DNA of 64,000 nt, taken from contig CBDCCI010000002.1 in NCBI GenBank assembly GCA_965214705.1, forward strand, positions 2,784,001 through 2,848,000. Direction: 5' to 3'. The translations under genes were made by a program, and so were the position numbers. Of the stretch, positions 33,637 through 43,498 are shown in pieces. Numbering within the stretch: the stretch's first letter is position 1; each line of letters opens with the position of its first letter. A model generated the notes under the pieces. That model searched no databases and had not been told where the DNA came from. It was given only the letters and a program-made list of their open reading frames with translations. The DNA is from Alphaproteobacteria bacterium (GTDB lineage Bacteria; Pseudomonadota; Alphaproteobacteria; UBA828).

Positions 33637-33993
33637 TCAGTGAAGGCCGGGGGCGAGCAGCACCTGGCCGATGTCGCCGGCGGCGCCGGAAACCTCGGCA
33701 ATGCCGATGACGCGGTTGCCGTCGGCGGCGGTTACCGCCTTGCCGTCGGAGTCCGCCGTGAGCAGCGCGCCCCGCGCGACGTTGGCGCCGTATTCGATGT
33801 CGGCGATACCGGTGCGGGCGATCTCGACACGCCCACCCGAGGCCGCCGACGCCCGGCCGGAGACCCCGACGTGGGCGTCTGCAGCGGCGGCGGACTGCAC
33901 CACCTTGCCGTCGCCGTCGCCGTACTTGACGATTCGGTGGGGGGCCACGGCACCGCCGGCGTCCACCGCCCGCCACATCAGCACATGACTCAT
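33637..33993 (-). CDS. Capsid decoration/cement protein (DUF2190-like)
   Basis: Gly/Ala-rich 118 aa with GIADIEYG..V.RG.LLTAD.DGKAV..VIG.A. Confidence 0.8.
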   Translation of the reverse strand: MSHVLMWRAVDAGGAVAPHRIVKYGDGDGKVVQSAAAADAHVGVSGRASAASGGRVEIARTGIADIEYGANVARGALLTADSDGKAVTAADGNRVIGIAEVSGAAGDIGQVLLAPGLH

Positions 33994-35072
33994 TGGGTTC
34001 CTCCTTCGATGCCGAGCCCGCGCTTGGCGCGCGCCCGGTCAACGGCCTCGGCGGGGGTGAGCGACATGCCCCTCCCCGCTTCCGCCGCCATCAGCGCGCG
34101 GGCCTCGGCAGCGATCCGCTCGCTGTCGTTTCCCGCATCCTCGTGAGTGCCCGCTTGACCCGACGCGCCCGGCACCAGGCCACCCGCGAGCGTCCGGTAA
34201 TCCACGCGCCTGGGCAGGCCCTCGATGAACCGTTCCAGAATGGCGGCGGGCCGCATCCGCTCCTCGCCGCCGGAAGCCGACGCGAAGGCGATGGTGGCGT
34301 GCCCGCCTGCGGCGCCCTCGTCGTCGGTGTTCTGTTCGTCGCCGAGCGCGGCGAGCAGCGCAACAAGCGCCGCCCGTTCCGCAGGTAGGACCCGCCCCGC
34401 TTCCACATGGGGCACGATCGCCGCCTCGGCCGCCCGCCGCCTGTCATCGGCCGCTGCTGCCGCCTCGCGCGCGAGCAACGCGGTCTCTCGTGCAGCCAGC
34501 GCGGCTTCGCGGTCGGCCAACTCCACGCGATCACCGTCCTCCTCGTCGCACTCGGGCGCAGAGAGGGCGCGATCTCGGTCGTCTACCTCGTCCTCTTCCG
34601 CCTCGGCAGCAAGGGGAGAATCGGGGTGTGCGTCGGATGATTGCTGCGAAGCCTCGGCGGCGCTGTCGACGAAGGCGATCACCGTCTCCGGCGCGGAGGC
34701 AAAACACGTCGGTACGAGCCCCGGCACCGCTGGCGCACGGCCACCGAGGAAGCCGAGATGGCGCAGCGTGTCGCCCTGGAGCGCGATCGAGCGGCCGGCG
34801 TAGTGCCCGGCCTCGACCGCCTCGCGGAAGGCAGGCGCGATGTCGCGCAGCGTCGCCTGCAGCCGGTCGCCGACGCGGCGCAGGCTCTCGATCCAGGCGT
34901 AGGCTGGCGCGTCGGCTTCCGGGTGACCCACGACGACGGGCGCAGGGTCGGCGGCGGCGTGCTCGGCGACGATGCGATCGAGGCGGGCCTCGTCGATCGC
35001 CACCTCGCGGCCGGCGATGTCGCGCCAAGTGCCGGCACGGCAGACGTCGATCCAGCCGTCGAGGGCGCTCAT
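33990..35072 (-). CDS. Mu-like head protease/scaffold
   Basis: WIDVCRAGTW.D..G, APVVVGHP..DAPAYAWI and LRHLGFLG...PAVPGL, followed by an acidic/coiled scaffold region. Confidence 0.85.
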   Translation of the reverse strand: MSALDGWIDVCRAGTWRDIAGREVAIDEARLDRIVAEHAAADPAPVVVGHPEADAPAYAWIESLRRVGDRLQATLRDIAPAFREAVEAGHYAGRSIALQGDTLRHLGFLGGRAPAVPGLVPTCFASAPETVIAFVDSAAEASQQSSDAHPDSPLAAEAEEDEVDDRDRALSAPECDEEDGDRVELADREAALAARETALLAREAAAAADDRRRAAEAAIVPHVEAGRVLPAERAALVALLAALGDEQNTDDEGAAGGHATIAFASASGGEERMRPAAILERFIEGLPRRVDYRTLAGGLVPGASGQAGTHEDAGNDSERIAAEARALMAAEAGRGMSLTPAEAVDRARAKRGLGIEGGTQ

Positions 35073-35467
35073 CGCGCGCCTCCGGTCGCGCCCAAGGCTC
35101 GCGGGATTGAAAGAGTGTCGAAGGAGCGCGGGAGCGAGAGAGTGTCGCAGGTGCGCGGTTTCAGGACCCGGGGGTCAGAGGGTGAGTGAGCGTTCATGGC
35201 GCGGACAATGCCGCATGCCGGCGGCCCCGTGCACCGCACCATGGTCCGAAGTGTTAGATTCTTTTCCCCTCACTCGCAGAGCGCTCGAAACCGCCAGCTG
35301 CGCACGATTTAACGGTGGCCTTCCCAGACAAAAACAGTGCTGCTGTCGATCGTTGTAAGACGTGCGCAACCGGCCTTATGACCGAGCGCGGGACAAGATT
35401 GAGACGCTTCGAGCCGCCCTGTTTTCCAGCCCAGCGGCCCCGTAAAACGGGCCCCGCCTGTGCCCTT

Positions 35468-35758
35468 CTACGTCCTCACGGGCTCGACAATAACGCGATT
35501 ACGCCCGCGCCGGATCAAGTAGCCGCCTCGCGGAATTGCCAGCGCACCGTCCCGGACAAGCGGCCAGAGTGTATCGACAATCAATTCGGCGTCGAGATCC
35601 CTTTCGATCACCACCGGTTTCGGTTGTGTGGCGATCCATGCGGCAAACGCGCGCTCACCGATCTCGTCGCCTACAGATCTGCGCAGCGTTTCGAGCTTGC
35701 GAAGTTGCCCTTTTGTCAACGTGCTCTCGTCGATCTTGGTGAAAGATCGTCTGGCCAT
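35468..35758 (-). CDS. Small basic hypothetical protein
   Basis: 96-aa ORF with GGAG RBS and protein-like composition; co-directional upstream of the head genes. Confidence 0.7.
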   Translation of the reverse strand: MARRSFTKIDESTLTKGQLRKLETLRRSVGDEIGERAFAAWIATQPKPVVIERDLDAELIVDTLWPLVRDGALAIPRGGYLIRRGRNRVIVEPVRT

Positions 35759-35937
35759 AAATTTATCTCCGTGAAACCGGCGGATTGTATGTGCTCGTCA
35801 TATATCAAAAAATATGCACGATTGAAAATACCCCGTTTGGTGTAACTGCCCAGGTCTGATTCCGCCGAGCACTCACGCGTGATGGACTGATGCCTCTGGC
35901 CTGGTGCCGCTGACGTGGAGCGGAGCGGCGGGGGATT

Positions 35938-37532
35938 TCAGAAGCGCAGTACCGGGATTAGCTGCATGGGATCGGGGTGCGCCAGGGTTTCGAGGACATT
36001 CCAGCGCTGTTTTCGAGCGGTGGCGATGACGGACCGCAGGTTGGCGAAGTCGCAGGCACCTTGCATCGAGCGGAAGCCGCCTGAGATTTTCTGACGCAGC
36101 TTGCCCATTCGCAGATCGCGCTCCGCCTCATTGTTCGAGAACGGGGTTCGCGGGTCGGTGAGGAAGCGCAGGCACCCCTCCTTGTACTTCTGGAGCCGGA
36201 GCGCGAGGTTGTGACCGATGCGGCGCTTTTGTCGTCCGCGCTTTCCGGTCTGGAGCGGCGGCATCTCTTCGTGAGCGGCGATGGCACGTTCGAGGATGCG
36301 GTCCCAGGCTCGCGAGATGCGGGCGACCAGTGATGCGGGCACGTCGCGATCATTCTTGCGGGCGAAGCGGGCAGGCCATGGGCGAACAGACAGCCGAAGC
36401 GGGCGGCTCTGTTGGCACGGGAGAGCAGCTGGTGCGTGCTCGTTGCCCAGTCTTCCTTCTCGATCTCGATCAGGGCCTGGAGCTCACGCAGGTGATGGGC
36501 GTTGCAGGCCCCGTGGCGCACGCCCTCGAGAGCGAAGTAGGTGGCATAGTCGTCATGGATGACGATGCCGTTGAGCTTCTCGTCGAAATGGCCGCGCCCG
36601 CTGGCGACGCGCAGGATGGTCAGCAACGGGGTGCACAGCACGTGGAGCCAATGGGTCCGGGCGGCGATGCGGATGCCGGTCTCGTCGAGGTGTTTGACCG
36701 GGGCTTCGGTGCGGATGATCTCTGCGACACGATCGAGGAAGCCCTCGAAGCGCCGGGCGGTGCGCCGGCCCATGGCGGCGATGGTGGCCGTTGAGATCTT
36801 GACCGCGAAGAGATCGCTCATGACCTCGGCGACGCGCTTCTCCGGAATGAACTGAGCGTGCAGCAGGTAGGTCACCCACGCGGTGATGCGCGGCCCGTAC
36901 TGGACCGGGGCGCTCACGCCGTTCGGGAAGGCGGCTGTTGTCATGGTACCGCAGGCGGCGCAGAGGCAGCGATGGCCGCGATGCTCGGTGGCCTCGAGGG
37001 GCTGCGGCTCGGGCACATCGAAGACCTGCCGGCAGACGGGGGCTCCGTGACGGTCGGCGTCCGACAGCGGCGCGCCGCAGCCCTCACAGGCGGACGGATC
37101 ATGATCCACGACGTGGTCCGGGTTCTCGGTCCGCTCCAGGGTGGTTCCCTTGTGGCCCGGCTGACCGCCGCTGGGCCTGTCGGATTTGCCGCGCCGGCTC
37201 CGGGTGCGCTTCTCCTGGTCTCCGCTCTTCTTCTCCTGGTCTCCGCTCTTCTTCTTCAGGCCGTCGCTGGCCGGCGGCTTGGAGCTGGTGGTGCTGTCGA
37301 GCGCGGCGCTGCGCTCAAGTTCGGCGATCCGCTCGCGCAAGCGGGCGTTCTCCCGCTCCAGCGCGTCGTTCTCCTTGACCAGCGCCGCGCTCAGGCGAAG
37401 CAGCCCCTGGCCCCATTCCCGGATGGCTTTGACGGCGGTCATCGCGAAGGATTGTGGGGTGAAAAGGTCCTGCAGGCACGCGAAAGCCTCGTCGTGAGCG
37501 GCGAGGTCCGCGTGCCAGCGCGACACTGTCAC
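35938..37532 (-). pseudogene. tnpC: IS66 transposase TnpC, frameshifted by a 32-bp insertion
   Basis: SSKPPASD, GGQPGHKG, Zn ribbon, HLDETG and CNAHHLREL; the C-terminal NNEAERDLR..KISGGFRS lies in another frame after about 36370. Confidence 0.88.
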
Positions 37533-38197
37533 AAACCCTCGTCAGCCTCGACGGCCATGATCGCGGCCAGCACCGCCAGGCGTTCGCCCGCCGGCATGGC
37601 CTCGTAGCGCCGGCCCCAGTTGGCCGCCTTGCGCTTGATGCGCTGGCGGTCGGTGAAGTTGCGGCCCGCGCAGCTCGCCCAGTGCACCCGGTCGGGCGCG
37701 AAGTTGAACCACACCACCTCGGTCCGCACCTGGGCCTGGGTCGTCACCTGCAGCGCCAGCCGGCGCCAGCCCGCCAGCAACTCGTCATAGAGCGCAGACG
37801 GGTGGCCCGAGACCATCACCTGGCAGGGCAGACCCTTGAGCAGTTCGAGGAGCGCGACGTGGTCGGCCTCCTCGTACTCGAAGCGGTAGCGCTGCGACGA
37901 ACGCCGGGTCGCGTGCAGATAGGGCGGATCGCTGTAGACCAGCTCCGGGCCCAGGAACGGGAACGAGGCCAGAAAGGAGTGGGCGCAGCCGTGCACCAAC
38001 TCCACCGGGTAGCCACAGTCGAAGGACTCAAGCGCCCGCTCGTCGCGGTCAATCCCGATCGAGCGCACGGCCGCAGGCTTGCGCTTCATCAGCGCCCCGC
38101 CCCCCAAGTGGCTCTCGATATAGACAGAGTGCGGGGGCATCAGCGCAATCAGCGCCTGGCTCAGACCGGTCGTCGCCTTCGATCCGAAATACCCCAC
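37529..38197 (-). CDS. Dam/D12-like DNA adenine methyltransferase
   Basis: YFGSK, YIESHLGGGA (motif I-like) and VYSDPPY; stop overlaps the tnpC start. Confidence 0.82.
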   Translation of the reverse strand: MGYFGSKATTGLSQALIALMPPHSVYIESHLGGGALMKRKPAAVRSIGIDRDERALESFDCGYPVELVHGCAHSFLASFPFLGPELVYSDPPYLHATRRSSQRYRFEYEEADHVALLELLKGLPCQVMVSGHPSALYDELLAGWRRLALQVTTQAQVRTEVVWFNFAPDRVHWASCAGRNFTDRQRIKRKAANWGRRYEAMPAGERLAVLAAIMAVEADEGL

Positions 38198-38505
38198 CGG
38201 CTGCTCCTCTCATGCGAGAGAGCAACCCATAGGCGAGCGCGCCTATACAGTCAAGGGGCAGATCATCGATGCGCCGACGGCCAAACGGCACCGGCGGCGA
38301 CCAACATCAGCACGCACTCAGATCTGGCGGCGGGGTACCTGGGTAGTTACCGTTTGGTTGATATTACCAAAAAGTATACCCGTGGATTTAGGAGGCATAC
38401 AGCAAGACGAATTGCTGAACAACTCACCGAAATTACGGAGGAATTTGCGCCATCAATGCGGTGACCTCGCCTCAACTTCAATAACATATAGTGATTAATA
38501 TAACC

Positions 38506-39291
38506 TTATTGTGCGGTCCAACCTCCATCAATTAACAGGCTCGCGCCCGTTATCAGGCTAGCAGCGTCACTCGCCAGAAACACAACTGCCCCCATCACGT
38601 CGGAAATCTCGCCGAGTCGACCGAGCGCAATACGGTTCAGCGTGTCTTCCTTGAACGCCGGATCTTCGAGGAACGGACGAGTCATCGGAGTCGAAATAAA
38701 GGTTGGACCAATGGCATTAACCCGGATGTTATATGGCGCCAAATCCATCGCCATCGCCTTGGTCATGCCCTCGATGGCATGCTTGGTGGCGCAGTAGACC
38801 GTGCGCCGCGGCCCGCCGACATGGCCCATCTGGGAGGACATGTTGATGATGACACCGCCCCGATTCGCGGTGACCATCTCTCGCGCCACAGCCTGGGCAC
38901 AGAAATAGGCGCCGCGCACGTTGATGCCCATCACGGCGTCGAAGTCTTCCACCGTCACATCGAGCAGCGGCGCCGGGCGGTTGCCGCCGGCGTTGTTGAC
39001 GAGAATGTCGACCGTCCCAAGCGTCGTGAGCGCTTCCGCGGCCCGCTCGACGTCCGCAATGTCGAGCGCGAGCGTCTCCGTCCTCCCGCCCGTAACCGCG
39101 ATTTCGTCCGCCACTCGCTCCAGCGCGTCTTGGCCCCGCGCCGCGAGCACGACATGGGCACCGGCCTCGGCGAGCGCGGCGGCGCAGGCGCGGCCGAGGC
39201 CGCGGCTCGCGCCGGTGACGAGCGCGCGCTTTCCGTCCAGCCGGAAGGACGGCGTCTTCGGCAGCGCGTCGTCTGCTGCGGAATCAGGCAA
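38506..39291 (-). CDS. Short-chain dehydrogenase/reductase
   Basis: [17 protein letters not shown] and DGGW. Confidence 0.93.
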   Translation of the reverse strand: MPDSAADDALPKTPSFRLDGKRALVTGASRGLGRACAAALAEAGAHVVLAARGQDALERVADEIAVTGGRTETLALDIADVERAAEALTTLGTVDILVNNAGGNRPAPLLDVTVEDFDAVMGINVRGAYFCAQAVAREMVTANRGGVIINMSSQMGHVGGPRRTVYCATKHAIEGMTKAMAMDLAPYNIRVNAIGPTFISTPMTRPFLEDPAFKEDTLNRIALGRLGEISDVMGAVVFLASDAASLITGASLLIDGGWTAQ

Positions 39292-40573
39292 TGTTTATGC
39301 CGCCGTAACGGCGCACGCGGATGTCCGCCTGCTCCTTGTGCCCGGCAAAGCCTTCGAGGGCGCAGAGGCGCGAACAGTATTCGCCCACAATGGTCGAGGC
39401 CTCGTCGGTCAGAACCCGCTGATAGGTGCAGGTCTTGAGGAACTTGCCGACCCAGAGGCCACCGGTGTAGCGCGCGGCCTTGCGTGTCGGCAGCGTGTGG
39501 TTCGTGCCGATCACCTTGTCGCCGTAAGAGACGTTGGTGCGCGGGCCAAGGAAGAGCGCACCGTAATTGGTCATACGCTCGAGGAACCAGTCCGCGTCCT
39601 CGGTCATCACCTGTACGTGCTCGGCGGCGATCTCGTCCGCCACCGCCACCATCTCGTCCAACGTGTCACAGACGATCACCTGGCCGTAGTCGCGCCACGC
39701 CTGGCCCGCGATCTCCGCCGTCGGCAGGATGGTGAGCTGGCGCTCGACCTCGGCCATGGTCTGACGGGCGAGGGTTTCGGAGTTGGTCAGCAGGGTTGCC
39801 GGTGAGGTCGGCCCGTGCTCCGCCTGGCCCAGGAGGTCGGCGGCGCAGAGCTCGCCGTCCACGGTTTCGTCGGCGATCACCAGGGTCTCGGTGGGCCCGG
39901 CCAGCAGGTCGATACCCACGCGGCCGAAGAGCTGGCGCTTGGCCTCCGCCACGAAGGCGTTGCCGGGGCCCACCAGCATGTCGACTTGCTCGATGCTGCC
40001 GGTGCCGAGCGCCATGGCGCCCACCGCCTGAATGCCGCCCAGCACGTAGATCTCGTCGGCGCCCGCGAGATGCTGGGCCGCGACGATCGCCGGCGCGGGC
40101 ATGCCCTCGAAGGGCGGGGCGCAGGTCGCGATGCGCTCGACACCCGCCACCTTTGCCGTCACTACCGACATATGGGCGGACGCCACCATCGGGTACTTGC
40201 CGCCCGGAACGTAGCAGCCGACCGCGTTGACCGGGATGTTCCTGTGGCCGAGCACCACACCGGGCAGGGTCTCGACCTCGACATCCTGCAACGCGTCGCG
40301 CTGGGCCTGCGCGAAATTGCGAATCTGCTCCTGGGCAAAGAGGATGTCCCCGCGGTCCTGCTCCGGCACCCGGTCCAGGCATGCTTCGATCTCCGCCTCG
40401 CTGAGCCGGAAGTCCTCGCGCTCCCAGCGATCGAACTTGAGCGACATCTCGCGCACGGCCACATCGCCCCGCTTCGCGATGTCGTTCAACGCGTCTTCCA
40501 CAACGCGGCGGACCTTCTCGTCGGCCTCCGCCGCTTCGGCATCGCTGATTCCGGTCTTTAGATATCGAGGCAT
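39284..40573 (-). CDS. Histidinol dehydrogenase-family oxidoreductase (HpsN-like paralogue)
   Basis: [29 protein letters not shown] and AAEH; WRDYG and [14 protein letters not shown] differ from canonical HisD; not in a his operon. Confidence 0.82.
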   Translation of the reverse strand: MPRYLKTGISDAEAAEADEKVRRVVEDALNDIAKRGDVAVREMSLKFDRWEREDFRLSEAEIEACLDRVPEQDRGDILFAQEQIRNFAQAQRDALQDVEVETLPGVVLGHRNIPVNAVGCYVPGGKYPMVASAHMSVVTAKVAGVERIATCAPPFEGMPAPAIVAAQHLAGADEIYVLGGIQAVGAMALGTGSIEQVDMLVGPGNAFVAEAKRQLFGRVGIDLLAGPTETLVIADETVDGELCAADLLGQAEHGPTSPATLLTNSETLARQTMAEVERQLTILPTAEIAGQAWRDYGQVIVCDTLDEMVAVADEIAAEHVQVMTEDADWFLERMTNYGALFLGPRTNVSYGDKVIGTNHTLPTRKAARYTGGLWVGKFLKTCTYQRVLTDEASTIVGEYCSRLCALEGFAGHKEQADIRVRRYGGINIA

Positions 40574-40643
40574 CGGCGTTCCTGCTTTCTATTGCGCGCG
40601 TCACCGCGCGAGAGCGCGTGCGCAGCCGGATTGCGGCCTGGAC

Positions 40644-40928
40644 TCAGGTCTCGACGGTGACACCCCGCCAGAAGGCGACATGGTTGCGGATATTCTCGGC
40701 CGCCGGCTTGGGGTCGGGGTAATACCACGCCGCATCGGCGTTTCGCGCGCCGTCAACTTCGACCGTGTAGTAATGGGCCGTGCCCTTCCAGCCGCAAACG
40801 GTGGTCGTCTCACTCGGCGCAAGGAACGCGCGGTTCACGGCCTCCGGCGGGAAGTAGACGTTGCCCTCCACGCTCTCCCACGTCTCGGACTCTGCGATGA
40901 CCTGCCCCTGCAAGAGTGCGCGCGCCAT
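40644..40928 (-). CDS. DUF427 protein
   Basis: VEGNVYFPP, C.WKG.A.YY and AAWYYPDP. Confidence 0.88.
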   Translation of the reverse strand: MARALLQGQVIAESETWESVEGNVYFPPEAVNRAFLAPSETTTVCGWKGTAHYYTVEVDGARNADAAWYYPDPKPAAENIRNHVAFWRGVTVET

Positions 40929-40955
40929 ATCCGGTCTCCCTCGTTCGCTGGTCGC

Positions 40956-41393
40956 CTACGCCTGCGGCACCCACTTGATGATGTGCTGCGCCACGGCAAC
41001 GGTCTCGCCCCGCTGGTTGACCACCTCGATGTCGGATAGCGCGCGGCGGCGCTCCTCGTCGATCTCGGCGACTGTATAGGTCACGCTCACCGTATCGTTG
41101 ATGTAGACCGGGGCGGTGAAGCGGATGCGATCGTAGCCGAGCGAGACGGGAGTCTCGTCGCTTCCCCGCTCATCGCAGCGGGCAATCATCATGGTGGACG
41201 TCGTCGACATGAACCCGACCAGCAGCGCCCCGTGGGCGATGCGATGCCCGTAGGACGTCTCGGACATGTACTGCTCGTTCACGTGCAGGCCGTTCAGATC
41301 GCCGGTGATGCCCGCGAACAGGTAGACGTCGCTTTCGCCGACGGTCTTGGAAAACGTGACCTGCTCGCCGACGCTGACGTGGAAGTCGGACAT
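40956..41393 (-). CDS. MaoC-family dehydratase
   Basis: FAGITGD.N.LH, RIAHG and RFTAPVYIND. Confidence 0.88.
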   Translation of the reverse strand: MSDFHVSVGEQVTFSKTVGESDVYLFAGITGDLNGLHVNEQYMSETSYGHRIAHGALLVGFMSTTSTMMIARCDERGSDETPVSLGYDRIRFTAPVYINDTVSVTYTVAEIDEERRRALSDIEVVNQRGETVAVAQHIIKWVPQA

Positions 41394-41461
41394 CCCTCGC
41401 TCCGAGATCGATCAGCCGGTCTTCGCGCAGGTAGCGCGCGTGCCCGTCCAGGCAGGAACCG

Positions 41462-42058
41462 TCAATAGCCGGCGGGCTGGCCCCAGCGGTCGGCGAAAAT
41501 GTACTCGTTGAAGGGGCGCCGCGTGCGCGCGCCCAACTCCATCTCGCGGAGGTCTTCGGGGAGGGTATCCGGGTCACCGGGATAGCCGACGGCGATCCCG
41601 GTCACAGGGTCGTAGCCCTCCGGCACACCATAGACCTCCCGGATCTTGTCCGCCTCGATGCCGGCCATCTGATGGGTCGCGTAGCCGAGCTCCGTGGCCT
41701 GCAGGACGAGTTGGCAGGCGGCGAGGCCGATGTCGTGGACGCAGCAGCTGTTGGGCGAATTGTTGTGGTCGAAGGTGCGCTTGGTCACGGTGAGGATGAG
41801 CAGCGACGCGTTCCGCGCCCACACCTGGTTGCCGGGCACCAGGCAGTCCAGTAGCTGCGCGAACCGTTCCTCCTGGTCCCTGGTCGCAACCAGGAAGTGC
41901 CAGGGCTGCTGGTTGAAGCTCGACGCTGCCCAGCGCGCGGCCTCCAGCAGTATGAGGATGTCCGCGCGGGGCATGGGACGCGGGTCGAACGCGCGCGGGC
42001 TCCAGCGTCGCTTCATTGCCTCGTTGATAGGGTGTTCGGCCTGCGCCGGCTTCTCCAT
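41462..42058 (-). CDS. Nitroreductase family protein
   Basis: RRWSPRAF, ARWAASSFNQQPW and HQMAG. Confidence 0.9.
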   Translation of the reverse strand: MEKPAQAEHPINEAMKRRWSPRAFDPRPMPRADILILLEAARWAASSFNQQPWHFLVATRDQEERFAQLLDCLVPGNQVWARNASLLILTVTKRTFDHNNSPNSCCVHDIGLAACQLVLQATELGYATHQMAGIEADKIREVYGVPEGYDPVTGIAVGYPGDPDTLPEDLREMELGARTRRPFNEYIFADRWGQPAGY

Positions 42059-42085
42059 GTCCCTACTCTCCCGCGTCGATAACGA

Positions 42086-43486
42086 TTATTCGTCCGACCA
42101 CAGCCACCCTCCGGGGCTCCCGCGCACGCTCCGATAATGCTCTTCAGGGTCGTACAAGTCGACCGGAAGCCCAAGCTGCCGTGCGGTCAGCGCGCCGATC
42201 GCCGACCTTACCTGATAGGCGGCGACGATCTCTTCCCGCTTCGCCCGGACCAGGTTGATCTGCGCCCTGAAGTGCTCCTGTTCGGCGTCCAGCACATCGA
42301 GCGTGGTGCGCAAGCCGACCTGCGTCTCCTGCTCGACGCCGTCCAGCGCGACGGCCGCCGCGGCCACCTGCGATTCGAATGCGGTAATCTGGGCCCGCGC
42401 CGACGTGAGCGCTCTCCAGGCCTGAGCGACCTGCTCCTGCACCGTGCGCCGGGACTGATCGAGCTCGAGCAGCCGCTGCGCCGCGATCTGCTTCGACTGG
42501 CGGATGCGTGCGCTCGCGGCGCCACCCTGATAGAGCGGCACACGCACGCTGGCCCTGATCGAGGCATCGGTGGTCTGCTCGATGAGGTCCGAGGTGTCGA
42601 AGCGCTGGCGCACATCGCCGACGATGGAAACCTGCGGCCTGAGCGCCGCGGCGGCCGTCTCGATATCCGACTGCGCCGCTTGGGCGATGTACGAGGCCGC
42701 CCGGATCGACGGGTTGGCGTCGTTTGCGGCTGTCAGGGCGTCTTCCTCCGTCTCCGGCAGACCCATGGGAACGGGCGGCCACGAGAGCGTGCCGGGCGGG
42801 CGGCCGGTCACCTGCTGGTACATGGCGCGGGCGGACATCATGCCGCCCTCGGCCGCCACACGCTCCGCGCCCGCCTGCGCCAGCCGGGCCTCGGCCTGCG
42901 CCACATCGGTGCGCGTCACCTCGCCGACCTCGAGCCGGTCCCTCGCCGCCTGCAGCTGGCGGCCCACCACCCGCTCGCTGCTGCGGCTGAGCTCGATCTC
43001 GGCGTCGTAGCGGAGCACGTCCATGTAGGCGGTCACCGTGCTGAACAGGATCGACTGCTCCACCGCCTGAAGCTGCGCGCGGCCTGCGTTGACCCGGTTC
43101 TCGGCCGAATCGATCTGGGCGGAAACCCGCCCGCCCTGGTAGAGGGGGGCCGTCGCCGTAAGCCCGACCCCGTGGGGGGCAACGCTATGGCTACCGGCGT
43201 TGGGAACCATGCCGTCTGTCTTGCTGTACGAGGCACCGATGTCGCCGGCGAGCTCCACCGTGGGTTGCCAGCCGGCCAGCGCCGCAGGCACCTCCTCATC
43301 CACCGCCCGGAGCCGGGCACGCTCGGCCTGCAGGGTCGGGTTGTTCTGGTAGGCGAGGACCAGCGCCTCCTCCAGGGTCTGCGCGACGGCGCCGTGGGTA
43401 AACGCCGACGCGCCGGCGAAGAGTGTGCCTACCAATGCGCCGAGCGCGAGTCTTCCGATCGAGGAGTGCCGTGGAGTGTGGGTCAT
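42086..43486 (-). CDS. tolC: TolC-family outer membrane channel
   Basis: Signal peptide, AYQNNPTL, GEVTRTDVAQAEAR and GLRTTLDVLDAEQE; downstream of pcm. Confidence 0.9.
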   Translation of the reverse strand: MTHTPRHSSIGRLALGALVGTLFAGASAFTHGAVAQTLEEALVLAYQNNPTLQAERARLRAVDEEVPAALAGWQPTVELAGDIGASYSKTDGMVPNAGSHSVAPHGVGLTATAPLYQGGRVSAQIDSAENRVNAGRAQLQAVEQSILFSTVTAYMDVLRYDAEIELSRSSERVVGRQLQAARDRLEVGEVTRTDVAQAEARLAQAGAERVAAEGGMMSARAMYQQVTGRPPGTLSWPPVPMGLPETEEDALTAANDANPSIRAASYIAQAAQSDIETAAAALRPQVSIVGDVRQRFDTSDLIEQTTDASIRASVRVPLYQGGAASARIRQSKQIAAQRLLELDQSRRTVQEQVAQAWRALTSARAQITAFESQVAAAAVALDGVEQETQVGLRTTLDVLDAEQEHFRAQINLVRAKREEIVAAYQVRSAIGALTARQLGLPVDLYDPEEHYRSVRGSPGGWLWSDE

Positions 43487-43498
43487 GGGCCGCTCCTT

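Larger units (their letters stand above)
20346..35072 (-). mobile_element. Phage-derived head+tail structural operon (Mu-like head, siphovirus tail) without recognisable packaging or lifestyle genes
   Basis: About 15 co-directional, often ATGA-coupled genes running from head protease to tail fibre. Confidence 0.85.
35842..38350 (-). mobile_element. IS66-family element carrying a DNA methyltransferase passenger
   Basis: IRs GTAACTGCCCAGGT / GTAACTACCCAGGT (13/14); 8-bp TSD CGTTTGGT at 35834-35841 and 38351-38358. Confidence 0.93.

Noticed and set aside
28030-33640. Recurrent TCCCTCA motif as a repeat family
   Set aside because: At about 28032, 28837 and 33633 it is simply GAGGGA Shine-Dalgarno sequence on the minus strand before start codons.
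37209-37250. 21-bp tandem duplication (KKSGDQE x2) in tnpC
   Set aside because: In-frame slippage in a low-complexity linker; unremarkable.
35789-38464. 52-aa ORF (MCSSYIKK...FAPSMR) re-formed when IS66 is removed
   Set aside because: Short, with no recognisable motif or clear RBS; may be chance.
38479-38494. Single NrdR-like box
   Set aside because: Lone match in AT-rich DNA with no partner box or relevant gene.
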